Below the pieces are notes generated by a model that did no database searches, was not told the origin of the DNA, and worked only from the letters and a program-made list of their open reading frames with translations. A stretch of 64,000 bases of DNA from Plasmodiophora brassicae (Eukaryota): NCBI GenBank assembly GCA_036867785.1, contig CP145411.1, positions 1,488,001 to 1,552,000 on the forward strand. Direction: 5' to 3'. Made by a program: the position numbers and the translations under genes. Every line of letters begins with the position of its first letter. Position 1 is the first letter of the stretch. Below are positions 45,953 through 58,650 of the stretch, one piece after another.

Positions 45953-46576
45953 TCAATGTATACTGTTTTTCATCGACCGGACCTTGTCACGAATCGTCTT
46001 GTGCGCCAGCCAGTTGACACCACGAGCGTCAACCTCCTGGCCGGCCGGGTTGTACAGGATGCGGGAGCAACAGATTGAACCAAATGCCTCGTGGGCTGCC
46101 TTCTCGTCGTCACCGACGACGTACACGCACACGTTCCAAATGCCCTCCTCCGTCGCGATGAACCACACATTTGTGGGGTACGACCACACTTTGTTGTCCA
46201 GAAACGACCGACACATCTTGATGCTGACGGCAACGATCGCCACGGACGTCGAGGCCACAACAGCGCCGGCGGCGCTCGCGATGGCGCATCCGGAAGCCCC
46301 CAGACCGGCGGCACCCACAGACTGCAGTACAGCGACGGTGCTACCAGCAGCGACACCGCCGCCGTTCGCGATGGCGGCGGCTGACATGGCCGCCGCGGCC
46401 GCCGATTCGCTGGCGATGCCGGCGGCAGTGTAGCCCAGGGCATTGATAACGGCCATAGCGGCCGCCGGCCCAGAAGCTGCTCCGCCAACGGCCGCGAGGC
46501 CAGTGGCTGCACAGACAGAACAGTATACGTTATAGAACGACCCTGGCCACGACGACGACGACGACGGCGACGACAT
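45953..46576 (-). CDS. IFI6/IFI27 (ISG12, Ifi-6-16) motif protein with an extra C-terminal domain, intronless
   Basis: ALGYTAAGIASESAAAAAMSAAAIANGGGVAAGSTVAVLQSVGAAG is the ISG12 motif. Confidence 0.85.
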   Translation of the reverse strand: MSSPSSSSSWPGSFYNVYCSVCAATGLAAVGGAASGPAAAMAVINALGYTAAGIASESAAAAAMSAAAIANGGGVAAGSTVAVLQSVGAAGLGASGCAIASAAGAVVASTSVAIVAVSIKMCRSFLDNKVWSYPTNVWFIATEEGIWNVCVYVVGDDEKAAHEAFGSICCSRILYNPAGQEVDARGVNWLAHKTIRDKVRSMKNSIH

Positions 46577-48124
46577 GATGTGTGACCGTATGTTGGTATG
46601 AGGACGTGTTGATGTGCTCCGGGCGTCCCATTATTTCTCGCGATGCGCCGTACCCTCCCCAAAAAATTCCATATTCATTTTTGGCCGGCACCGCTCACTC
46701 CTGTCGTTTTGCGCCTGAGACTTGTGTTTTCCGCTAGACGACGTGTACGAGTTGTGCATTCTGGCCTCAAGGCGTCCCATTTCCCATAGGCCATGTTCCC
46801 ACAGCACATTCCTCGTTGAAAGAGGGGACTTGGGACCGGTAATGTACGGTGGGGCAGAGAGTGGAGGAATTCGAACTGTCCGGGGCGCGTTCACCAATTC
46901 GGGTGGGGAGTGTCCTCGTGGTAAGCGACGCGATATAGGAGAACAAACAGTGCCAATGTTAATTTATGGGTTGTATGATTGAACAGAACCGTCTTCCTCA
47001 AACGGAGACTTGGAGTGTACTGCGGAACAGCAAGAGGGACCTTGCTAAAGGATCGTATCGTACTGGCCGACGTGCTTGCATCAACGGGTGTGTTAGCCGA
47101 CGCCCGGGCCGCTGAACCGTTCGACATGGTGATGCAGGAACGCATCATTGACAGGCATACAGCATGTTGTGCAATCGACTTGGTTGACCTGGTCTTGACA
47201 ACCTACGGAAGCAACTCTAAGTGTTAACAAAAGGCAGGCGGGACACGCAAAGGCCAAAGGCCAAGCCGTTGTTGCCGCGCTGACCTGTGCACCAAGATGG
47301 TGGTACCGAGACCGCGTGGTTCCATCTAACACAGCGGTGCATGTAGGGGGACCGGCACCAAGATCACCTGGGCGCCTTGTTCTCTGTCCAACGCATACCA
47401 ATCACGAGACTGGATCATGAATTCGGAGCACAAGATGGAACGATCGTCGATTCATTCATGGAGAGGTTCGGGCTGTCGTCGCGGTCGCCGCAAGCGCCTC
47501 TGCGTTCTGTCATCCTGTTCGCGCGGCGGACAGGTTCGTATTCGTCCAGAGTGTCAAGAGACATAGGACGCCAAGACAACCCACGTGCCATACATCTGGG
47601 TGACGTACAGGAACGCCTGGCCGTCGTAGTTGTTGCCATCCCAGCTGTCGACCCCCAAACACTACGCCCAGCGGCTCCGCGAGTTTGTCCATCGCCACGT
47701 TGTCGTCGAGGTCGGGCCACTTGTCGAGGTGCCAGCTTCTTGCGAGACAGCGCAGACATGTTGTTGAGGTCAGCGTTCGCCGTCCGGCCGCGCTTCCTAG
47801 TCGGCTTGGGCAGTGGCGGGCGAAATGGGGGCGGCAAGCGAACGTGGGCACGACACCGAGCGACCCGGCCGGAACGGCATCAGCTGGTCGAACGTCACGA
47901 CAGTTCTCTTGAAGTCGTCGCCCGACTCGCCGGCGACGCCCAGCATGATGACCCGGTCCGGGAACGGCCCGATGACGACGGCGGCCGGGTTGCCCATGAA
48001 GACGGACGACAAGCGGAGATAGTCTGGGGCCATGCACAGATCGACTTGGAAACCTGGCCCTGATATCACGTCTTGATCGCCACGGTACGGAAGGTTGCAA
48101 AGCTTTTCGCGAGGCCTACTACCG

Positions 48125-49644
48125 ATGGCGCTCCGCCGTAATAGCAGCAGTCGAGTATGGGTCGGCGAGCGCGTCCTCGGGAAACGCACCATCCGCATCT
48201 TGCTCGTTGTCCTTGCCGTCCAGTTCACCGCCATTGCTTGGTACACGGCCCATATCAGCGGCACGTCAACCGCGAGCCTTCGGGCCACCCTTGACAATCT
48301 TATTCAACAGCGACCGCAACAACGGGAGCACGCGCAGGTGCCGCTCTCGTCGGCGCGTACGTGCACGGGAGAAACGTACAGCGACGATTCCTGGAAGTAC
48401 AAGTCGTGTCACTTGCAGAACGTTTGCTACGACGGTAACTGGGAAGGCGTCTTCACGTACTATGCTGACCGGTGGAACCCAGCCGGAATTCCAGGTACGC
48501 TGTTCCGCCATCCATGATCAGTCTAGTCACCGTCGAGACAGCGCCTGGAGACCTGGCCGTTTCCGTGAGCCCACTGGGTGCCACACACGCAGCGATCAAG
48601 TTCGAGCCTGCAGTGGTCCTGGATGACATCCCTCGCGATGTCGAATGGGCCGACGACGACGTAACGGTTCTGGCCGTCGAGTACAACGGGAGTAACTTCG
48701 GGCACGTTCTGGGCGATTCTGTGTTCCCCTGGTGGAGGCTGTTAGACATGTTCGGGTTCGAGGGCGATTTCCAGCCGATCCACCTGATCCTGACGCCGCC
48801 CTTCACGTACTCGTGCGCATGGCACCATGAACGCAACCCGTCGTTCGGGATGATGGACGTCTGCATGGCGTTCTACGACAAGGTCGCTACGCCGCTGACG
48901 GGACGGAAGCTCGTCTACCTGCAGGAACGGTACAACGTCACTCGAACGGGACCAAAGCGCACTTGCTTCCGGAACCTTCTTGTTGGCATTGGCTTGCTTG
49001 CGGATCATGGCTTCGACAAAACCGTGCATGGAAGGTTGCACGGAGGCGACAACCTCGACCTGCACCTTATCGGTGGTGGACCGAGTAGGACCGCGCGCGA
49101 TCGCTTCTGTTGGATTGCCACCTGAGAACCCTTGGTAGCACTATGGCGCTTCAGGAACGCGTACATGGAGCGTTTGGGGTTGGACCCGTACCGGCTGCCA
49201 GTGCCGGGGCATCACGACGTTGTCTTCAGCGAGCGAAAGGGCCGCGCTTGGTACGATGCCAAGCACGCCGAGCAGTTGCTCAGAAGTCGGCTCGACACGA
49301 CCACGACCGATATCGTCCCGCCGGTCCAGTTCCAGGAACTCACCATGAAACAGCAGGTCGACCTGCTGTCGTCCGCGAAAGTGTTCGTGACGTTCCCGGG
49401 CGGGGCATCGTACATCTCGCTGTTCCTCGCACGCGGGTCCACCGCCATCTTCATATACGGCGAAGGGAACGTGGCCGAGAACCGCCAGGACTATCCATTG
49501 CATAACAACATGGCCCACATCAACGTCGTCTGGCTGAAAGGGAACGTTACTGGACCCGACAGCCTCGTCGTCTTCAATGACCAGGAACTCATCCAGCAAG
49601 TCCAGCTCGCCCTCCAACGGGAGCCAATCGCTAACCAACACTAA
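48125..49644 (+). CDS. Glycosyltransferase family 61-like type II membrane protein (3 exons)
   Basis: N-terminal TM, SCHLQNVCY, NFGHVLGDSVFP, CFRNLLVG, ELTMKQQVDLLSSAKVFVTFPGGA...LFLARGSTAI. Confidence 0.75.
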
Positions 49645-49690
49645 ACTCGCCGCTGAACAATGTTATATTTCGCACATTGCTTGACCGTCG

Positions 49691-50228
49691 TTAGATCATC
49701 CCCTTGAAATTCGTGGCTGTAAGCAGCAACGGTTGAATCGAAATGGCACCCAGATTACATTGGCGACAGGAAATCGTACCGGGTGTGGACCCTGTGCTGA
49801 CGGAAGCAACCGGGCATGTAACCGTGGCCGCTGGCGTCGTTGTCTTCTTGAAATCCTTTCACACGCCCATGGCGGTCAGCCGTGAAACGTCACATGCGCA
49901 CACGTGACCAAACCTCGATGGCAGCCCTGACGTCGTTCACTGTTCCACTCTCAACAGCAGCCTCGATGGTGTCCAGCGCCTGACGTTGGCGACCCGACAG
50001 GGCCTGCAGTTCATCGACGGCGCCCTGCAGGTCGCTGACGACGGCCTGATGCTGGTGCTTCTGCGCCACGAGCCGCATCGACATCGACAGCGCCGCGGAC
50101 ATCGCCCCGATGATCCACAGCTCCTGCTTGTACCGCTTGACCGTGCCCCAGATCGTCCGCTTGAACGGGTCATCACCGGCCGGCGCCGCTGGACAAAACA
50201 GGCCCCGCAAGACCTGAAACACTCTCAT
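49691..50228 (-). CDS. Hypothetical small protein, single hydrophobic segment + coiled-coil
   Basis: Coding-biased MRVFQVLRGLF...ELWIIGAMSAALSMSM...VSDLQGAVDELQAL. The 3' exons are tentative. Confidence 0.45.
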
Positions 50229-50386
50229 TGCGAACACTCCCGGTCGAGTGACGAAAACACCTCCGCCAAGCTCCACGGGATCGACGACCCCTCTCGCTAC
50301 ACTGCACAGAGCGCGCGCAAACTGCGAAGCTACGAGAACGCTGTCGACGGCAACGGGGAGCTTTATTACTTGAAACAATAAGGGGG

Positions 50387-52064
50387 TCATGCCTTGGGTT
50401 TACGGAAACGGGAAGGGATGGCCAGAGCAATGGCGGCAACACAGACGGAGGTGATGCCCATGGCGACGAATGGGACCCAGGTGTTGCCAGGGCAGCGGGT
50501 GTAGACGGCGGCAAGGCCCGAGATCGACGCCGCTCGACTGAGGGAGACCAGCGTCTGGACGTTGCGGTCAGCAACGGAGCGGGCGTGCAGTAGCAACGAG
50601 CAGTACCTGTGAGGATCCGCTGACGAATCCCTTACGATCGGGGACGGTCGAGTTGTTGACCAGCATGATGGACGTGGTGAAGACGACGGCGACGACCATC
50701 CCCCGCAATGACGCCAGGGCGTACATGGCCACCACCGATTTGACGACGACAGGGACGTAGATCAAAGGAACCGCCGCCCCTGATATCGCGGTCAGACATG
50801 TACCTCGTAAAACGCCCCGAGACCTTACCAAGCACGAGCATCCCGACTTGGGTGCAGCGGATCACTCCCAGCCGGCTAATGATGAGCGGTTGAACGGCAA
50901 AGGTGAACGCCGCGCGAACAATGTTCTGGACCAACATGATGTCGGCCTGGACGGATCGTTCCTGATTGAGTTCAGCTACGATGCCACCCGGCCCCAGTTA
51001 GTCGCCAGCGAAATTAACACAGAGAGGAGCGTACATTCCCCAGTGACGATCAGTATGAACAAGTTGTCGGTCGAGTAGACGATGCCGCTGACCATACAGT
51101 ACAAGGCAATCATCAGCAGCTCATCGCGCCACGTCCCTGCAAGGCGGACGACACGTTTCAGGACGCCCTCACCCGTGGCATCGGCCTGCGATACACATCA
51201 TCATTACATGGAACTTTGGTGAAGGTCCAGTGCAACATACAGCTCCCATCTTTGTCTTGCTGCTGCCTGGCTCCAATTCGATATCGGAATATGAGGTCTG
51301 CTCGTTGCTCATGTTGGTGAACGCGTCTGTTTCCGGTAGCACGAAGAAACAGACGACGAGAAGGACAAGGGAGAAAGCGCCAGCGATGAAACAGGACCAG
51401 AAAGCGGGCGCGAAGCTGTTCGTACCTGCAGTCTGTCATTGGCATGATGAACGTTACTGGGACGTGTCTCAGAAAGCCAACCTGGAATGACCAGACCCGG
51501 GAGTCGTGATGCGATCAGTGGGCCAAGGGCGAATCCGATTGACAGGGACGACATCATGTTGCTGAAGAGGCGCCCTGCGTTCTTGCCTTTGACGAGATCG
51601 CCAACGTACGCTTTGTTGATGCCCAGGTTGGCATCAAACCCCATCACAATGCGCGCCGCAATTGCCATCCCGTACGTCGTCGACACCGACATCATTGCCA
51701 TTGCCAGCGTCGTCGCCACAAGCCCACCGAGCAACGCAACACGCCGGCCGAACCGATCGGCAACCCAGCCCCAGAGCAATCCCGAGAACCCACAGATCCA
51801 GTAGTACAAGGCATTCAACGTTACGACCTGCGGACGAGTTGTCAGTCCGGCACAAGACGACAGGGAAGGTCGTGCGTTTACCATGCTGTTCTGCTGTACG
51901 ACGTCCGACGAAAACTGCCTCGCCATCGGGACGAAGAGCGGCGACATGATTTGTATCTGGATGCCGACGTTGGCTTGAATGAGGCAGGGCAGGATCTGCA
52001 TCGCCCACGGCAGCTTGCCGTCGGCGCCAGCCTCATCGTTCTTAGTCTTCGACACGACCGCCAT
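50387..52064 (-). CDS. MFS transporter, drug:H+ antiporter / ZIF-like, multi-exon
   Basis: LLWGWVADRFGRRVALL motif A, IAARIVMG, INKAYVGDL, IGFALGPLI, and later exons TTSIMLVNNSTVPDRKGFVSGSSQ. Confidence 0.85.
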
Positions 52065-52293
52065 AACGAAGAAATCGGCGATCGAGGAGTGATCAGGCGA
52101 CTCGTCGACTGAGCGCAAATTGCCGCGCGCGCCACCCTGAAGGCGGCAGCCAATTATAGCAACGCTGACAGTGGCAACTGCGACAAAGTTATCGGCGGTC
52201 CCGATCCGGCGCACTCCACCACGTCAGGCAGTACAGATCATGCTGCCGCCGCTTAGGCAAACGAACGACCTTGTTCTCGTTCAAGGTAGACGT

Positions 52294-53067
52294 TCATTGG
52301 AATTCGAACGTGTGTAGAAACGTGTCGACATCGTGCCAGGTGCGAGCCAACAGAAGTCGCCGGGTGGTCTCCTCGGGCGACGCGCGTTCAATTGGGACGA
52401 CGCGGATGCCACTGGCTTGGACGAATTCGGAAAGGTGATGAGATCCGCACATGACAATGCCAACATCGGCTTCCAGTAGACATCGAAGGTCGCTGAGGCT
52501 GTCCCCGATGTAGACACGCGTGCAATCGTTGCCAGCGCCCACCTTCTGGAACGCCTGTAGCTTGTCCACTGACGTCACGATGTTCCTGATGCGTAATCCC
52601 CCGGTGCTGACCCCGTCTGTGTCAAACGCCAGATCGTTGCATATAATCCGATGCCCAGGTATGCCGGATACGGTCTCGATCAGATCAGCGGACAGGCCCG
52701 CTGAGATGATTGTGGTGCATGCCCGCGACAGGACTCGATCGGCGCCGTCCCGCATGAGATCACGTTGTAGACTTTGCGATTGTAGATCCGATCGCGATAT
52801 TCCCTGAAGAACTCCCTCGAGTGCGTCCAGACTTCGTGCCTCGTACTGGTCCAATGCGTCCAGGACGGTCATGACGCCAGCGTCTACGCCGGCCGTGGCG
52901 CGGTGGAACGTATCGCGCCACCCTCTCCCGTACTCAGCAACGAGATCCGACCACCGCCCTGGATGACATGACGACATCCCCGCCAGTACCGACGTCGTGT
53001 CCTCAACGGTGACGCATCCATCGAAATCCGTCACGACGACGATCGCCGCCCGACTGGCCGCCGCCAT
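52294..53067 (-). CDS. HAD-superfamily phosphatase (Cto1 / thiamine-phosphate phosphatase HAD-like), intronless
   Basis: Motif I TDFDGCVTVEDT, motif II IISAG, Lys in SVDKL, motif IV VYIGDSLSDLRCLLEADVGI. Confidence 0.85.
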   Translation of the reverse strand: MAAASRAAIVVVTDFDGCVTVEDTTSVLAGMSSCHPGRWSDLVAEYGRGWRDTFHRATAGVDAGVMTVLDALDQYEARSLDALEGVLQGISRSDLQSQSLQRDLMRDGADRVLSRACTTIISAGLSADLIETVSGIPGHRIICNDLAFDTDGVSTGGLRIRNIVTSVDKLQAFQKVGAGNDCTRVYIGDSLSDLRCLLEADVGIVMCGSHHLSEFVQASGIRVVPIERASPEETTRRLLLARTWHDVDTFLHTFEFQ

Positions 53068-53538
53068 CCAACGAATTCTGCAACTTTGCTGAATAGGGGC
53101 CGCAGGCAGAAGAGCGACGTACGAACACGATGAACTGTCGTTACCGCGCCACTAATCGGGGTACCCCGATTGGCGGGCAGCTATCAACAGTGTGTAACCT
53201 ATGGGTCAACTCTGCGAAGCAGGACAGGTTTTGGCTGAGGGGACGACGGATGAGTTAATTTGGGTTTCGCGCTTTTCACGCAGGCGCCGCGGTCTCGGGT
53301 CCGAGGAGGAAGACGGAGGATGATGCCAGCAGTGCAGATCGCTCAGGTCCGGAGCGGTGATGCTATTTTTATCACTTAGGGCCCCCCCCCGGTCTCGACG
53401 GCGACGACGTGACGGTTCCAGCGACAGCTACGTGGTTCGCACGCGCTGTACGGACTACGGTCGGCCGCCGCCGCGGCACCAGCGGCATTTATTTTCTGCA
53501 CTCGCTGGGGACGTCGACGGGGGAAGCGGGATCCATCC

Positions 53539-54546
53539 ATGGTCGCGACGATGACGCAGCAGCTAGTCGCCGATGCGAACAACCACCACGCGCTGCGCGG
53601 ATCGCTGGCGTCGCTGCGCGAATGGGCCAAGCCCATCGTCGATCCTGTGGTCGACAAGGTCGACATGCACGTCAGCGATCTGATCTGCAGCCTGGCGGCT
53701 AAGGCCGAGCCGCGCACGCTGAAGTACGATGACGTCGCGTCGCCGTCGTCGAAGAAGTTGCTGTCGGACGCTACCAGTGGGAAATTCGTCACCGAACGCA
53801 TGAAGGAGGCAGCCGCGGTCTCGGCCAAGGCCAGCAACGCCATCGAGAGCAATGTCGGGCAATTAGGGCGGATCGCCATCCACACGTTCGTTGATGCGAA
53901 CTCGTTCTGGGCCACGCCTATCTGGGACGCCCTTAACGGCATCACGGCGCCGATCGTGCAGAAGCTTGATAGCAGCATTCTTGCCGTTGTCAGTAAGGCA
54001 GTACAGCATGTCGATGACGGCGAACCGATTCCGAAGGCGGTCGTGGACCTGATAACGGTCGATGCACTCGCTTACGCCAGCGTTGTTCTGCGACGAGCCC
54101 GACAGTTTGCGATTACGGCCAAGGACAGCGACCAGATCCACAAGGCGATTGACGCAGCCACTGAGAAGCTGAAGTTCATGAAGAACAAGTTGGACCCGGC
54201 GGCGAAGGCGCTTCTCCATCGCGTGCAGCAGGTGTCGGACATGTCGGACCAATCACGGTTCCCGTCGAAGGCGAGGGCGTTTACCGAGGCTCTGTGGAAG
54301 AAGACCCTGGCGGCGTACGGCAAGAGCAAGGACTTGACAGACTCGACCCTGGTCTACCTGGACTCGCAAGACGTGCTCTTAATCCCGGGCGACGTCTACG
54401 ACTTCTTCCGCAAGGTGTTCGGCATTGCGGAGCGGGACGAGCAGTACGAAGAGCTGTTGAAGCAGTTCAAGGACCTGTTCGAGTCCCTCACGAACGTGTT
54501 CTCGTTGACGCAGTCGCAACAGTCAGAATCGCCGGTTGCCGCATGA
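53539..54546 (+). CDS. 335-aa all-helical amphipathic protein, unknown family (perilipin-like character)
   Basis: Uninterrupted ORF with strong codon bias, no signal peptide or TM, WAKPIVDPVVDKVD and PIVQKLD motifs. Confidence 0.7.
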   Translation: MVATMTQQLVADANNHHALRGSLASLREWAKPIVDPVVDKVDMHVSDLICSLAAKAEPRTLKYDDVASPSSKKLLSDATSGKFVTERMKEAAAVSAKASNAIESNVGQLGRIAIHTFVDANSFWATPIWDALNGITAPIVQKLDSSILAVVSKAVQHVDDGEPIPKAVVDLITVDALAYASVVLRRARQFAITAKDSDQIHKAIDAATEKLKFMKNKLDPAAKALLHRVQQVSDMSDQSRFPSKARAFTEALWKKTLAAYGKSKDLTDSTLVYLDSQDVLLIPGDVYDFFRKVFGIAERDEQYEELLKQFKDLFESLTNVFSLTQSQQSESPVAA

Positions 54547-54649
54547 TGGAAACGACGGACCGTCCTGTAGTGTGTGGTCGAAGCGGCTGTGGGATCAATT
54601 CTCTAAAACGCCAATACAATTTATGCAAGTGCTAAAGCCGTTCAGCGCT

Positions 54650-56410
54650 TTATGAGATGTTGAAGACGTCGACAGCTGTCCCTATGATACCAACGGCCGC
54701 GCCTGCAACCAACAGGCATGTAGCAGCAAGCCGATCTGGTCGTTGCCACGGCCCAGGGAATATCCTGCGGGATACCAACGTGAGACCTTGTTACGAATTG
54801 TAGAGCGCGCGATTACTGACTTTCTGTAAAACAGCGCTGGCAGCACGAAGGAGACGAATGCTGACGTGGTCTGAAAGGAATACGACAATGAGCCAGTTCT
54901 GCTGTAGGCAATAGCAACATAGGCAGACCGATCCCAGCAAAGAGAACACGCGGTCCAGAGAGGGGACAAAGATTGCTATGGCAAGAGCGGAAAAGACGAT
55001 GGCAGCGGTGATGATGTTGAATCGGGACTTAGATGGTCGCGAATCGGCAAACAGAGACATCTCGATTGTGAAACGACACGGGTACACGTTGAACGGAAAC
55101 GCCAGGGCGACCTGTTGGCAGCACGTCAGCGGACACTGATGGTTGGACACATGCATGAATTACAGTGACGCCCATAGCCAGTTGGCCAACCCCAATGAGA
55201 GGATTCTGCAACAGCGAGTAGTTGTACAGAATGTCAGGCTGAGTGGAATCCAGATTGCGCAGGAACCCAAACAAGCCAATCATCTGCACACTGGCAATCA
55301 GCAACGGGCGGTACCCCGCATTGCCAACACGCTTACCACATAGAGGCTGAACGTGATCAGCGTCGATCGTCTTACGATCTTCTTGATCCGCCTAATGCTG
55401 GGGCGCTGCAGTTCCGTGTATATTGAAAAGACGTTGACTTGACAGGTGAACGCGAACATGATGATGGATATTGATCGAAAACACGACCAGTGCATTCGGA
55501 TCAAATACGGGGACAGAGGCGGAACGCCTTTCGTCACCACGGTATACGCGGAATCGCAAACAACAGCGAACACGAGATAGCAGATCGACAGTACGCCGAT
55601 AAACGAAGGGAACCTCAGAGAGGACATCTAAGAAACTAATCGTCAGGGCATTAGAATAAATGGGCCCAGCATCCACAGTAAACCTTGTCCACAAGGGAAA
55701 GCGGAAACATGATCGTCGTCACCACCGTGATCATGATCGTCGGCTTGGCAAACAGAACCGGATGGTTCGGGAATATGTCGCGAACGATAGGCGATACAAT
55801 ATCATACGCGGCGACGATATACGCGACGCAGGTCCCGAAACAAAACAGAATAATGGAAACGTCTACGATGACGGAGAGCCGTTTCCCAAAGCACAAGACG
55901 GCGAGGTCCTCGTACGTTGAGAGTCTCGTCTCGTCACGGCATCTATGGCTATGGTCATCCTCACGTACGGCTATGATACCCACACTACAGCAGCGTACCG
56001 AACTAGCAGCTGAATCGAGAACATGGTGACGTAAGCGGCAACCGCCAGGAAGATCAACCCAAGGACGATTCCTGACTGGCATACAGCGTATGGAAGGGCA
56101 AGAATGCCCGCGCCACTGAGCAACGCTCATGATAAGGAGACCGCACACGATGACCTATAGCAGGTACGTACAGCGCAGCTGAAGAGAGATTGAAAACCGA
56201 ACTAAGCATGGAGCCGCGGCCTAGGAACGGTTTCGATCCAGTCGGAACGAAAGCGCCCGATTCTTCACGAGCAACATCGGCAGGCGGATGCTGCAGCAAT
56301 GGAGCCTGGTCATCGGAAACGACGACTTCTGGCCGGCCGGTCCGTCCAGGCGACAGGCACGGATCAAAGCTCGGCAACCCTTTGATGCGTTCATCGGCGC
56401 ATTCTCTCAT
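54650..56410 (-). CDS. Amino acid transporter, AAAP/SLC38 family, multi-exon
   Basis: GSMLSSVFNLSSAAL-GAGILALPYA, TYEDLAVLCFG, FGTCVAY, ISIIMFAFTCQVNVFSIYTEL, LAFPFNVYPCR. Confidence 0.9.
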
Positions 56411-56813
56411 CGATGAGATCTGTGCCAGAGCGTCAATACCCAAATTTCCATAACGCAGATATTAATGATGCTATCCCCTGACCCGCAGCTTTAGTGAACG
56501 ATACCCCAGGCGGAGCATGTACCGTTCGCGAACGGTTCGCTCATGGCCGGTGCTCGCTTCGCTGGCATCGCCAACGCTCCCAGGGTCCATGCGCGCGCCA
56601 CCCGACTGCGGCATGCCTCCGACGCGTCCGAAGCGTCACTCCCCCGACTGGGACAATGCCCCCACGCACTCTCGCGTCGCTCGTCACACTTACACAGTCG
56701 GGCGCCCCTCCATCCCCCACGGACATTCCGTTGGTCCCATTTCGGGACCACGAGGCCGCGATCCCGTTGTTCCATGCCCTCGACCCCGCGCCTGATTTTC
56801 GTTTTCGCAGGAT

Positions 56814-58371
56814 TTATTGCCCCTCCAATGGATTATAGGCTCTCCAGATCCGGCAAGCGTTGTCCTTGGACCCTACGTGTTTCTGTTCAGCGCGGGGTAC
56901 TAAGCCCTATCGGGGACCGAGGGCGGACTGACCTGTGATGATGATGTTGCCAGCGTAGTTGAACGCGCAGCTGAAGATCTCGTCGGTGTGCCCGGCAAGC
57001 TCGGTCAGCATCTCGCCCGTGCTGACATCCCAGACGCGCGCCGTGCAGTCCTTACTGGCCGTCACGATCTGCGATCCTTGCGGATTGAAGCACACCTTCG
57101 ACACCTCGTCCGCATGCCCATCCAGCACCTTCTCCGACGTATCAATGCCGCGCCGCCTGGCATCACATGCTTCACATACCGCCATGCAGCGCCCGTTCAG
57201 CGCGTTAAAGATACGAGCGGTGCCGTCCGCAGAACCGGTTGCAATTAGGCTCCCGCTAGCATTGAAAACGGCATCCAGCACCTCGTCCGCATGTCCTCGA
57301 AGCTCGAAACGACAGTCACCAGTGGTCGCGTTCCAGATCCTTGCTGTCCCGTCCATGGACCCGGTGACGATCTGGTCCCCAGCGAAACTGTACATGCAGT
57401 TGCTGATCTCGGCCGTGTGACCTGTAAGCGTAAACAACCCTCGTCCCGATTCCACGTCCCAGATTCGGCATGTGCCGTCGAACGACCCTGTCACCAGCCG
57501 ATCCCCGTTCCGGTTGAAGTTAACGCTGACGATCTCGCCAGTGTGTCCTTGCAGAGTGGCCAGCTCAACGCCCTGAACCGCCTACCGGGCGCGTAAGCCT
57601 TGTAACTGTGGATAATCGGCGCCGACTTACATCCCAGATCTTAGCGGTGCCGTCCATGCTGCCGGTGACGATCAGGGTGCCGTCAGGGCTAAACGATAAA
57701 CAGACGATCTCCTTCAGGTGCCCGCGCAGGATATGGATCAGCGACCCGTCGCTGGCATCCCAGACGCGACACGTCCTGTCGAACGATCCGGTGATGATCC
57801 GATCGCCGAACGGGTTGTTGAACGCGATTGCGTAGACGACGTTCTTGTGCCCTTCCAGCGACAGGAGCTCGCGGCCTGTCGACGTCTCCCAGATCTTGCA
57901 GGTGCGGTCGTAACTGCCCGTTATGAACCTGTCGCCGGATTTGTTGAATGCACAGTTCGTCAGAGGCAGGATGTGCCCTTGTAGGACGTGTCGAAGGCGG
58001 AAGTCGCTGTTCTGTTTTACTGCGATCTTTGCCATTAGCTCTGTCGTGGAGGTTATAACGGTGTATCCAGGGCATGGCGAACAGGACCGACTTTTGACGA
58101 GCTCTTTGATCATAGCGTGACGCTTACTGGAGATCAGCGACTCTTGTCTGACAATCATTGTTGCCAGCACGTCCGGGTTACTCCTATACAGGGTGGGCAG
58201 TTCAGCAAGCGACAGCGCAGCCGTGCGCGGGGGCATTGGCATTGCGTACTCGGGAGTGAGGTCCAGCAGGTCAACCGATTTCGTGCACTGCCTGCCGGTG
58301 CCGTGGTCGTCGTACTCCAGGATGATCCCCGGTGGGTAGTACCTGAGCAGGAAGCGCCGCAGCTTGCCCAT
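56814..58371 (-). CDS. DAW1: Dynein assembly factor with WD repeats 1 (ODA16/WDR69), multi-exon
   Basis: Diagnostic N-terminus [18 protein letters not shown] and [30 protein letters not shown]...[17 protein letters not shown]. Confidence 0.95.
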
Positions 58372-58650
58372 GGGTAGACGCGGACAGGCTGCAACTGGAA
58401 CACACCCAGAGGCCGAGCCCTGTGTCCTCGTGACCCGCGAACCCTACAGTACACCCGGGATGGGGCGCCCCTGTTTTTACGATCGACGCGGCCACGTTTG
58501 TGGAGCAACCCGACAGGAGCTGCACAACAGTTATATTCGTACTTGTCCCAGTTGATGACCGAATGATGATGGTGGCGCGAAAGCCAAAACGTTTTGCACG
58601 GGCGGGATTCGCAGATGGAGCTGCAAGTGCAAATGCCGTGGCGGTAATCG

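Noticed and set aside
46650-48060. AT-richer tract and short ORFs (46979..47227 +, 47510..48100 -, 47797..48297 -)
   Set aside because: No recognisable domain, repeat termini or consistent exon model.
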